Positions 52,731 to 64,000 of a stretch of DNA of 64,000 nt are shown one piece after another. Source of the stretch: Octopus sinensis (taxonomy: Eukaryota); contig NC_042999.1 of the NCBI RefSeq assembly GCF_006345805.1, forward strand, positions 140,058,001 to 140,122,000, given 5' to 3'. Each line of letters opens with the position of its first letter. The first letter of the stretch is position 1. The translations under genes were made by a program, and so were the position numbers. A model generated the notes under the pieces. It did no database searches. It had not been told where the DNA came from and saw only the letters and a program-made list of their open reading frames with translations.

Positions 52731-52944
52731 GTAAGCCTTATCAATATATAATACATATTTACAATTATACAGTGAGAGTTCAGTAACTCTGGAGCATGGT
52801 TATGCATATCACTACTTCCTTGACTGCTCATTGGACATCTGTTGGCCAGCTCTTATTGAGCTTATGAAAGTGTTGTGTATGACACTCATTCCCCCTAATT
52901 ATATCTGGGTTCAGCCCAGTTAAGCACAGGTAAATTGCTAGTTT

Positions 52945-53640
52945 CATAAATAAAGTATTTCTAAATATATTAAACTAGACGTCTTGCAAACAACTTGCAC
53001 ATGAAAGTGCTACCAGTCGAGAACTCCACATACCGGAAGCCAGCAAGTGTATGGGGTCATCAGGAGAGAATGCGCACCATTTCGGGGCCTACCTCTCGAC
53101 GGCATCAATCCACACCGGCACTCCCTCACTGATATGATCAACTGGTTATTAAATATAGCTCAACATTTCTCTAGCCATCGCTCATCATCTCTTTTTAACC
53201 AAATCCAGTGGCTAGCCTTCTCCACTGTAGTTTGGATATCGGTCATTGTGGTATTTACCTTCTGATGAGTTAGGCCTAACGATAACAACAGTTGTCTCAC
53301 ACTGTGTCCAACAAACTCTCTACATCCGACTTCAATTGGAAAATGCTCTGCTTTCCAGCCTGCGTCTTCACATTCCTCGAGGAGATTTACATAATGGTCA
53401 ATCTTTCGAGCCCGAGCGGTATCCATGTTATCTTCATGAGGAACCGTTAACTCGACTAGATTTACAACTTTCTTTCCTTCACACCACATTAAAATATCCG
53501 GTTTTTCATAACTGGGATGGGAAAGAGTCCCTGACACTTTCCCATCTTGTTCTTCTTTTTGAAATGGATCAGCTGACCTGAGAGCACAGAGGTAATGAAA
53601 TTTCTAGTTGGGACTTTCAACGGTTTTTTCTCAGTGTTGT
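52945..53640 (-). mobile_element. 5'-truncated HERO-like RLE non-LTR retrotransposon
   Basis: ORF 53160-53537 reads KPDILMW...VELTVPHED...ARKIDHY..L.EC...GW....PIEVGCR.FVG...EKASHWIWLKR, a PD-(D/E)xK restriction-like endonuclease C-terminus of the HERO/R4 type. Confidence 0.88.
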
Positions 53641-53758
53641 TGAGATGAATTTAGTTCTTTATAGCATTGAAGATAACCTTAAGGACCAGGTTGTGTTTCC
53701 ATGTATACCTGTTCAATGCTAAAGAACAGTTGGAAAGAAAATGTTTCAGATTTCTCAC

Positions 53759-54101
53759 TGAGTGCCTGAGTAATACCTTGTAGCTTTGTTGGAGCCTGAA
53801 ATATAAAGTGCAGCTTTATATATATATATATATATATATAGGAAAAAGCATTACCAATGAGAAAGCCAACACATGGTGGCAATGAAAGACATGGGCTCCT
53901 CTCATAAATAAAGTAAGATTATTCTATTTATAGGAGGAACCCTTGAATTTCATTGCTGATGTACATGTTGGCTTTCTCATTGGTAATGCTTTTTGTTTTT
54001 TCCCTATATATATATCTGCATAAATGTAATTTTTTCCCCAAATAAACTGCATTTCCTATTCAAGGCTCCAATGAAGCCATAAGATGTTACTCAAGCACTC
54101 A
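53759..54101. repeat. Old imperfect inverted duplication (about 340 bp) with a (TA)n in each arm
   Basis: aaaagcattaccaatgagaaagccaac pairs with gttggctttctcattggtaatgctttt. The outer arms tgagtgcctgagtaatac...ggagcctgaa pair with ttcaaggctcc...gttactcaagcactca. Confidence 0.85.
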
Positions 54102-56451
54102 ACTATGAGTCCACTGCATCTTATAGCAGAAACAGCTGTAAGTTAATGAAGTTCATAAGATATTTGTTTATTCCTTTGTCGTCTTATTTCCTTATATAGT
54201 TATGTAAGTTAGTCGTTAAGGAGGTTGTTCTGAAAGCATAACTGCTGGATTAAGAATAGGTTGGGACAAGTTCAGAGAGCTTACTACCTCTGTTAGTAGC
54301 AACAGGTCTCTTCCTCAGAGTGAAAGGCAGGTTGTATGATACCTGTGTATAAACAGCTACGCTACATGGTAGTTAGACATGGGCTGTGACTACTGAGGAT
54401 ATGTGAAGGTTTGAAAGAAATGAAGCCAGTATATTCTGCTAAATAGGTAATGTCAGTGTGTATATATGACAGAGAGTATGAAAATTGTGAGAAAAACTGG
54501 GTATAAGAGGCAGCAGCTGTAGCATGCAAAAGAGAAGATTGCTCTGGTACAGTCATGTAATGTGTATGAATGTAGGCAGTTGCATCAAGAGGTGCGGATC
54601 TCTAATTGTTAAGGGAACATGTGGAAGGGGTAGAGCCAGGAAAATGTAGGATGAAGTGGTGAGAAAGGATCTACAGATGTCGAGACTCACAGAAGGGATC
54701 ACCAGGGACTGAGACTCCTGGCAGTTGGTTGTGCTTGAGAAGATATGTCAAGCTAAAATTGTGGTTGTCCTTACATACAGACATCTCCTCTACATCCCTC
54801 TCCAGCTGAGTGTTTGTAATTTTGGGGGCTCATGAGTATTGGTGTCATGTAAACACACATGTGCTGGTGCTGTGTAAAAGAACTCAGTACACTCTGTAAA
54901 ATGGTTGGTGTTAGGAAGGGCATCAAGCTATAGAAACTATGACAAAACAAACATTGAGCCTGGGCAGCTCTTCAGTTGACCAGCTCCTGTCAATCCATCC
55001 AACCCAAGCCAACATGGAAAACAGACATTAAATGATAATTATATAATTAAACAGTTAATGATTTCCCTACAGCATTTCTTTGTTATCTTTCAGTTGTGTT
55101 TCATGAATGAAAATATATTCACAAGTTGCTGTTAGTCATTAGTAAGTTTTATTCTTATTACTCAATACAAATCATGTGATCAAAAATACTGCCCACAAAT
55201 ATTTATCAATAAGGGAGGCTTGTCCTCAGTCAAATTGTCCAACCCATGCTAGCATGGAAAGCAGACATTAAACGATGATGATGATTGTGTGGTTCAGTGT
55301 AGAGAGTTTTTCAAATTTATATTGGTCAGGATAGTTCACAGAAGCAATGTTCACTTGTGGCAACATTCAGACAAAGCTTTGGATTTTCTTTGAGGGATAT
55401 TGCTAGTTATTTTATTATCTGGAACTTTTCTGATATGCTAAATCTACAGCTACATTAGACTATGGAGCAGCTGTCAACAATATTGCAAGTCATAACAGGC
55501 CACTGATGTTCTTAGTGCTTAATCTCTGTTAATTGGAACAAGGAAATGAAGTTTTCTTTATTCCTATACCTAAAGGAGTGAAAGTGTTGATTGTAACTTT
55601 CTTTGAAATTTTTAGCTGTGAGCACAGAGTAATTCCTTTGGATAACATTATTTTCTATAACTAATGCTTGGTATAGCACTCCTGCAGGGAAGTAAGGTTT
55701 TTTTGAGTGATTGATTTTGACATTTGCAAGATGGTTGTTGGCTGCTACATAGACATGTGTTTCTGATTGTTGCCTTTGAAGGTGGAAGTTGATAATGACT
55801 AGGTAAAACTAACTCGCATACATTAATGAGCTTATGGTATTTGTGGAAAGTGGTACCTTGCAAAAAATAGAAAATTGCTGTCTATATTTATAAAAACATC
55901 TAAGTTATTTGGGAGTGTTTAAATTGGGTTACTTCCTTTTCTTTCCTGAGTTGCAGTGTTGGGAGTGAACTAGTTTTTTTTACAGAAGTTGTTCATGGCT
56001 AATACCTCATTATAATAGGTGGGGGCTGCTCTGTTAAAAACTGCTTTATCCAAAGTTAGATTGGAAACTCTAGTGCTACCAAGTTTCTGTTTACACACCT
56101 GTGATGACTGGAATTTTTGTGGATATATACAATTTCCACATTTGACTTCCTGAAGGAGTAGTGCTTACTTGTCTTAAGATGCAATATATCTAAAAAGCTA
56201 ATCATTAGGTTTCTAGATATTAGACAGGGTTCACCACTAAATGATTTCAGCTTATTTTACAATTAATATATGTACTCCTTTGGGTCTAGGTATAGAAAAA
56301 ATTCCATTTCTCTGTCTTGTTTTAATTTGAAGCTCAGGAACAATGACTCCATTGCACTACAATAATTTGAAATATTATTGACCGAACTATTTCACATTCC
56401 AACAGGTCACTTAACTGCTGACTTGCCTGTCTGAAAAATTCTAGATAGTAA

Positions 56452-57290
56452 AACATCATCATTTAACGCCCATTTCCCATGCTGGCATGGGTTGGATGGT
56501 TTCACTGAAAATTGGTAAGCTGCACCAGGTTCCATTCTGATTTGGCATAGTTTCTATGGCTGGATGCCCTTTCTAACACCATTCCAAGAGTGTAGTGGGT
56601 GTTTTTTACGTACCATTGGCATGGGTGCCAGTTGCATAAACACTGGCATCGGCTACAACTACAATCGCATTTGGTTTGACAGGTTTTCTCAAGCATGGTA
56701 TATCACCAAAGGTCTCAGTCACTTGTCACTGCCTCTATGAGGCCCAACATTCAAAGGATGCTTTTTATGTGCAGCCAGCATGGTTGCTAGTTACTAGCAT
56801 TTCACTAGGCTTGACAGGTCTTCTCAAGCATGGCATATTGCCCAACATTTGAAGGGTGATTTTTACATACCACCAGTATGGGTGCCAGTTGTGTGACATT
56901 AGCATCGGTCATGACTATGACTTCACTTGGCTTACTGGGTCTTCTCAAGCACAGAATATTGCCAAAGGTCTTGGTCACTAGTCATTGCCTCTGTGAAGCT
57001 CAATGTTCAAAGATCATGCTTCACCACCTCGTCCCACATCTTCCTGTATCTACCTCTTCCACAGATTTCCTCCCTTCTTCACACAGCTGTCCTTATCCAT
57101 ATACATCTCATGGCCATACCAGCACAGTTGTCTCTTTAGCACACTGCATCTGATGTCAACAATATCCATTCCTCTCCAGAAAATCGAATATTGTGACTGC
57201 TGCCACAGATGGCTATTCTGCAGAAGTTTCAGCCATGTGATAGATACATCATGAGTCAGGTGATGCAAACCTGAGAAATTCTCCACTATA
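56452..57290 (-). mobile_element. RTE LINE 3' portion
   Basis: ORF 57050-57286 (IRCSVLKRQLCWYGHEMYMDKDSCVKK), the DEVVKHDL.TLSFTEAMT segment and the family 3' UTR ending in an ATG-repeat tail at about 56452. Confidence 0.88.
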
Positions 57291-59438
57291 GTGTAATAAT
57301 CCAGATTTAAGGATGCAGCATTTTATACCACATGACCTATCTTGACCAGTAGGCAGCAGGTTTATCAGCAACTTGCAGATACATCTTCATTCATTCGAAA
57401 GATCGTAGGTGTTCTTTGTGTGAAACTTTAAGTAATGCAAGCCAATCATTAAATCTAAAGAATTTGTTCAATGCTGATTTCTTTCTTTTACACACACATC
57501 CGTAATATTGTCAAATTTTATGATTCTACTTTCGTCAAATAGATAAGTTGTTGACAGGTTACATTAGCTTTATTTTGAGAAAATATTTTTTCCTGCGTTA
57601 CTTTTGGTTCGCTAAGAAATTAAAAATATGCTAAACAATTCAAATTATTTTTCCAAATTGGTTCTATATGTTCCTGCTATAGTGCTATATAATATTTGAT
57701 GAATATAAATTCGTCGTATTGATTTCTTACATAAGCACTCTGTTTATAGAGGAATGAAAGGTTATGACATTCGTACTTTTTACGACGTAAATGAATGGAA
57801 TATCTTTATAGGGGGATCGAAAGCATGATTGTATCCTTGGTTTGTCACAGCTTACTGTTAAGCTAAGGCGTTCACTATTGATATTTATCAATCAACAGAT
57901 ATTCCTATGAGATAGTATAGACTTCTCGGATAGAGTAAACTCGGGGTTGTTGTGCTTGTTGTTTAACCCCAAGTCAACCCCATTCGAGCAAACCTATGAT
58001 CAAAAGGTAATCTAGTTATGAACATACTGTCTTTTAGGGTGCGACTTAGCACTACATCGTCCGAGGTATCCATTAAGACGGTAGGATGTGTATTTGAGGG
58101 AGATTTGTAAACCCCTTTGACAAATTAAGCATACAACCACGCTTTCCATCCTCCTATAAAGATATTCCATTCATTTACGTCGTAAATAGTACGAACGTCA
58201 TAACCTCATTTTCATTCCTTGAAAACAGAGGGAGATTTGGCTACTATTACTAGCAGTTCGGCTACATAGACTTCAACTGTTTTCCATTTAAGTGTGAGCA
58301 ACAATTGTTATGATCAGAATGTAGCAACCTAAGGTTAATTATATATTATTAAACATTACACCGCAGCACATAACCTAAAACATGATTATGTAAACATTAT
58401 TTCGTCTCGCAGTGAACACTGATTAGAGTTACACTCGTAGCCGGTTAGTGGATTATCCCAATTTAATTTCTTTTAAGACTCGAATTAAAGTAGCTATCTA
58501 CTGGATAGTCGAGTTACTGACAAAGGGCTCCGATTAACTTACGGGTTAAACCCTAAAACTTGCATGTTTACATATACACAGTCAGTGTAGTGTCATTTCT
58601 TGTGTCAGTCATAGGACTGCGGTCATGGTAAAGACATCGCTTCGAAGGGTTTAATCGATTACGTAGACCCCCAACCCCCTTACTTCATGTTTAGTATTTA
58701 CACTAACCGTTTCTTTGTATGGCTGAGGTAAAGAATACGTACACCACCCGTTTTCGGCGTAACAAAAACCCTAATCCTAAACATCGGGTATTCTTTACTT
58801 TCGCCCTTTGTATAACGATTTATAACGTTGGCACAAGGCCCGCAGAACGAAGAGATGAATGATTGAATAGTATTTTATGGATACTGAAGGGATGAAAATA
58901 GCCCTGCAGTGTTTGAACTTGGAATATACTGACGGAATTGATATCATTATTAGCTATTGTTGTTTAGTCCCGGCTTAACATTGATAGCACAGACATAGCA
59001 AAAACATTTCCGTCAAGACAATCCCGTTTTTAAGACTATGTAGGCCTTATATTAACTGTATCATTTCTTTAAGTCGGTGTACTGGAGATTTGGCTGCTAT
59101 TTCTAGCAAGTTGAATGACTATAGATCAGTATGTCTCAAACTTTAACAATCGCCCCCTTTTACTAACACTTTTTAATGCTCCCCCACATACGCACAATGC
59201 TACATTTCAACAAAATTAAATACACTACAAGAGATTTCTGCCCACAGATTGATCGCAATTAAAACATTGCTTGCACTTAAGTCACTTCATTAATAAAATA
59301 ATGAAGGTTTTAACATTTCGGCTACCAATGTTACCAGATCATTCGCAACGTAAATATCAAAAATATTTTTATATATTATGGCAATATGTTCTACTTCCTC
59401 CTCTGACTCCAGTGCCTATATAAAATTTTAATAGTGAT

Positions 59439-59845
59439 ACTCTTTTACTCTCTTTTATTTGTTTCAGTCATTTGACTGCGGCCATGCTGGAGCACCGCCT
59501 TTACTCGAGCAACTCGACCCCGGGACTTATTCTTTTGTAAGCCCAGTACTTATACTATCGGTCCCTTTTGCCGAACCGCTAAGTAACGGGGACATAAACA
59601 CACCAGCATCGGTTGTCAAGCAATGCTAGGGGGACAAACACAGACACACAAATACACACACGCATATATATATATACATATATACGACGGGCTTCTTTCA
59701 GTTTCCGTCTACCAAATCCACTCACAAGGCTTTGGTCGGCCCGAGGCTATAGTAGAAGACACTTGCCCAAGGTGCCACGCAGTGGGAGTGAACCCAGAAC
59801 CATGTGGTTGGTAAACAAGCTACTTACCACACAGCCACTCCTGCT
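59439..59845 (-). mobile_element. Full-length, CpG-rich tRNA-derived SINE (abundant family)
   Basis: Minus-strand head aggagtggctgtgtggtaag...ggttctgggttcactcccactgcg. I counted 17 CpGs. Confidence 0.93.
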
Positions 59846-59862
59846 TCTAATAGTACAACATA

Positions 59863-59865
<3 letters not shown>

Positions 59866-59931
<66 letters not shown>
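59866..59931. repeat. (GA)n microsatellite
   Basis: Seen directly. Confidence 0.95.
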
Positions 59932-59935
<4 letters not shown>

Positions 59936-60714
59936 GGAGGGCGATCAACTGCAGTACTTGACTTTATTTATTGACCCCTGAAATGACGAAAGGCAAAATT
60001 TAGAGAGGACATATATCGCAAGACATTCTATCAACTGCTCTTACAAATTTACCAACCTTTCGATTGAGGTTATGCATTTAATTAATTGACAAAACTCTCT
60101 CTCTCGAGTCTGTTTAAAATCATCGTTGGTACAAAATGCCTTTCGGTATTTAGCCACGTCCCTCTACCTTACGAGTTCAAATTCCGCCTTTCGTCTCTTC
60201 ATGGAAAATGTCGATAAAATAAAGTACTAGTCTTATACTGAAAACCAACCCAATTTTACTATCTGTTCGTTCTTTCTTAAATATGCGTGATGCTAAAATC
60301 GTTAGAGCATCAGACAAAATGCGGTATTAAAATTACGGTTCTATATGTTCTAAGTTTCACCGAGGCCAGCTTTGAGTCAATAAAACAAAGGGTGCTACTT
60401 CGGCAACCTGAAATAATCGCCCTTGAAGCTGTAGATCACACGCCAAAATGACACCAAAGTACTGAGGTTGATGTAATCGACTAATCCCCGCTCCTCAAAA
60501 CTGCTGACCTTGTGCCTAAATTTCAAATTATTTTCAACTGTGCATTCGACCTGCCGCATCAGCAAATTGACTTCTAAATGCAGACATCTCATAGGATGAA
60601 TCGTACGAACCTTCGTGACAAGTGAACTAGTAGTTATGCTGATTCTATTAGAATACTGACAGCTTTGGTCTCCAAGCTCATCCGATTTCATAGAAGAAAT
60701 CACCAGTAAAATAA

Positions 60715-61110
60715 CTTCGGTTAAAGGCTTTAATTACTAGGAACGTCTGAAAACTCTGCATCTCTACTCTCTTGAATGCTGAAGAGAGAGAGAGACTATC
60801 AAAAACGTATGAAAACGCCTGGAGGGGCATGCTCCAAACTTCGGTATTAGGGAATTTTTAATGGTAGATACTATCAGCTTCCAAAGTTTCCACCTTGGAA
60901 ATCACGAGCTAAAACGCTCTAATGTACCACTCTGATATTTAGAGGTCCTTGCTTGTTTAACTGACTACCTAAAGAAATCAGAAATATAAAAGGGACCTCT
61001 ACTGAAACCATAAAAAAACATCGGATAAATAACGATACTGGACTAGCCAACAATTCAAGGATACACTTAAGGAAGGTCAGCTGTTACAAACTCAATCATA
61101 GGTCAACTTC
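60715..61110 (+). mobile_element. CR1-like LINE 3' end
   Basis: VKGFNY.ERLKTLHLYSLE remnant, followed by KRLEGHAPNFG. Confidence 0.7.
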
Positions 61111-61269
61111 CAGCCATAAAGCGACAACAAAACTGAAAGAAAATAAATTAAGGCGGTGCTCCGGCATGGCTGCAGTCCTACGACTGAAACTATTAAAAGA
61201 ATTAAAAAAATGTTTGGCATACGTGTCTCTTAGTGAAATTGTCTACTATGACCATGTTTTCTGCTTCCC

Positions 61270-62000
61270 GCCACGCGCTCTTCATAAATCCATTGTCGTT
61301 ACTTCCAACGAAACCTCCAACGACGCAGATGATACTATCCGCCATTCGTTCCTAAGCTTTCACACTCCAGTGTCATCCACATTCACTGACACCTTGAATA
61401 GAGACCTCGAAAATATCCTCCAATAACTCAGGCCAGTCTTATCTCTTTCAACAGCACAAAGATAACACACATATATATATATATATATCAAAATATTTAT
61501 CGCACCTTCAACGCCACCACCACCTCAAATATGGACAGTACATAATAAGAATTTTCAAGGCCGCTAAGTAATGTTAGGCTTCACCATCACTGAGAATGCA
61601 TGGAAGAGAGAAGATTATAAAGTTTGGTTTCTCTCTTCAGAGCTAGAAAATTCTTTATCCCCTTGACAACTATTTTCTACGAAGTTCATGTGATACCTAT
61701 AATAGAGTACTACTCCCACATCTGAGATAGTGCTTCTTGTACAAAGGTTAGATTGGCATGGAGTCTCTCATCAATTCTTGCCTCTGACCCACCGATATTT
61801 TGTCTCTTCTCTTCTTGATTGGTCTCAGGTTTAATGCCAATCAAGCATTCCCCGAGTCAGTTGCCTTTCCTTTTCTCATTTATTCATATTACCTTCCTTT
61901 CAAATTCCATATTAACTATGCTCTGTCCTTCCCGCCAAGAATGTCAGTACCATCCACTGTACTTATTTTTCCTATGGCCATCAATTTTCAACCATTCAAA
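61270..62000 (+). mobile_element. CR1/L2-group RT fragment (related to 22930-23900)
   Basis: ADDTI...TLNRDLENILQ, then after a (TA)n FLFRARKF and YEVHVIPIIEYYSHI. Confidence 0.7.
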
Positions 62001-62595
62001 AGGAACGTTAACAGCATTGATTTCATCAACCTCAGTAGGTCTGCGAGAGCTATGAGTACAATCCCCTCCATCTATCCCCGCGCCCGAAAATAGGTTATAA
62101 AATGCAGTGAATATCAAAATTCATAGTGGAAGATAAATTGTGTTGCGAATTGAATTCATGTTTACGTTTCGATCCTGCTGTTTTTCCTTTATTGTTCAGA
62201 TTTGGCCCTCTCATTCATATTACTTGCAAGCAAAGATGACTTGACAGCATGTACCGGCTCTTTGCTAACCGCTTAGAAACAAGTGAAGTTTGGCGACAGG
62301 AAGGCATCAGGCCATAAAAATTCAGCAACTTCCATTTGACTCATGCAAGCACGGAAAAGTGGAGGATACATATACATATCTTCTATGTTTTATTTATATC
62401 TATCGTTAAACTGCGGACATGCTAGAGCACCACTCTGAACGGTTTTAGTCGAACGAATCGACCCCACCACTTATTTTAAACCACACAGCCAATAAAATAG
62501 AGTGATGTTTCATATATGTAATGTCTTTCTTCTTTATTTCCAATCCGTCTGTTTTTCCATCGATCTGTTTTTGCATAGTTCCAATAGCAAAGCGC

Positions 62596-63300
62596 CAAAT
62601 ACTCAGGTGGTTAGATTGATGGCTAATGTTGGTGGCCTACTCAGCTTGGACGAACTTCGTGTCTCCATTGCCCTTGGAGTGGGAGCTGACGTATGCACGG
62701 GTTTGATCTGTCGTTGAGGAAGGCTTCTTGACTCTACAGGCCTCCATGGTCTTTCTTGCTGCCTGAATGCTGGTCGCTTCGCGCGCCATACGGAGCTTGG
62801 CCCGGGCAAACATCTTGGAACCATCTGGATTGTCCAGATGTGATGGGAAGAGACCTGACGGCCTCGCCCTGTGACCCTGGTCGCAAGGCAGATGCCTTGT
62901 CTGGGATGTCACAGTTAGCGACTCCTTTGCTGCTTCTCACATCTTGAATGCTACGGTCAGAGCGAGATCCACAGCTTCTGCAGCCGAGCAGAACAAGAAC
63001 CTGAAATACCGCGATCTGCCGCCCAACTACATATTCCATCCTGTGGCATTCGAGGCGTTTGGTGGGGTCGGACCACTAACTGCAAGATTCCTGTCTTCAC
63101 TGGCAACTCATCTTGCAGAGGTAACTGGTGAGGTTCGTGAGGGCGTTTGGCTGTTCCAGCGATTCAGCCTCGCCATCACCTGCGGCAACGCTGCAAGCGT
63201 GTTTGGCGTATCTCAATAGCCATTAGAGAGGTTTCCCAGCGCTCCCTACTTTTCAATTATGTTGTCTGTTTTGTCCAATTTTCTAAATTATATCTTCTGA
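62596..63300 (+). mobile_element. 5'-truncated CRE-clade RLE non-LTR retrotransposon
   Basis: CR..RLLDSTGLHGLSC...RFARH (CCHC-like), RPDG..PWS..RCLVWDVTV (RLE core) and ORF 62944-63219 (AEQNKNLKYRDL...FHPVAFEAFGGVGP...FQRFSLAITCGNAASVFG). Confidence 0.85.
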
Positions 63301-64000
63301 TATAATAAGAGGGAAGTCAACTGCAATACATTATCCAAACAACTAAACAAGGGAGCATTAACATGTTAGAAACTATAAAAGTGCTGGCAGCCAATTAAAA
63401 TTACGTTTGTAGTTGTCTATAGGAAGTTGTTAGCATCACCGCTGAATCCTTTTCCATTGCGAGAGAAAAGGACACCGTGAATGTTCCCTCGCAGCGCAAC
63501 GTGGCCGATTTGGAAAGAGGGGGAAAATCAACCTCAGTACTTGATTGTATTTATTGACGTCGAAGGATTTGAACTCAATTGTAGAGAGCAGGAGCAAATA
63601 CAGCAAGGCATTCTATCCGACGCTTTGATGACTCTACCAGTTCACCGCCACATATGTGATATAATGAGTTAAAAAAAAAAAACTTCAATGAATTGATATT
63701 ATCCATACAATCAGTTGATAAACCACTCCGCCACTAACATCTTTCAAATATAAACTATTTTTAAAAAATAGAAGGGACGTAACTCCAATAAACCGGATTA
63801 ACTGAAATGTTAGATCTCGAATGAACACAGTAAGAGATTAAACTGGTAAACCGCGACGCACTTAATCTCCAGTCGAAACAATTCTACTTCACTTTTGTTG
63901 CTAATTTAGGAAAAGCATAAATAAAATCATAAGCTTTATATCTCGTTTTAAAGAAATCAATATATTTAATACGCTTTATCCAGCATAGCTATACTAGTAA

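Noticed and set aside
55094-55141. Exon-like segment with a strong acceptor and donor
   Set aside because: All three frames contain stops. It could only be non-coding or UTR, and it shows that strong splice-site pairs may arise by chance here.

Overview
AT-rich eukaryotic genomic DNA. The SINE and LINE families and the microsatellite load look like an octopod cephalopod; this is inferred from recognition, not from a search. There is no long intact ORF. The window is mostly intron-like sequence packed with decayed mobile elements: tRNA-derived SINEs, RTE and CR1/L2-group LINE fragments, two HERO-like and one CRE-like RLE retroelement fragments, Penelope-like RT and GIY-YIG fragments, a full-length DD37D maT element, a full-length piggyBac element, hAT fragments and MITEs. 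A few short candidate host exons are present, including a phase-compatible 4-microexon chain on the minus strand. The standout is at 45164-48793: six near-identical 504-507 bp tandem units, then a switch to an inverted 1.15-unit copy, all embedded between (TA)n tracts. Each unit folds by eye into a complete type I hammerhead ribozyme (7 copies). That makes it a retrozyme-like or Penelope-pLTR-like self-cleaving array. Three other inverted duplications occur in the window, two with degenerate hammerhead motifs and one beside a Penelope fragment. All structure and homology calls were made by manual inspection.
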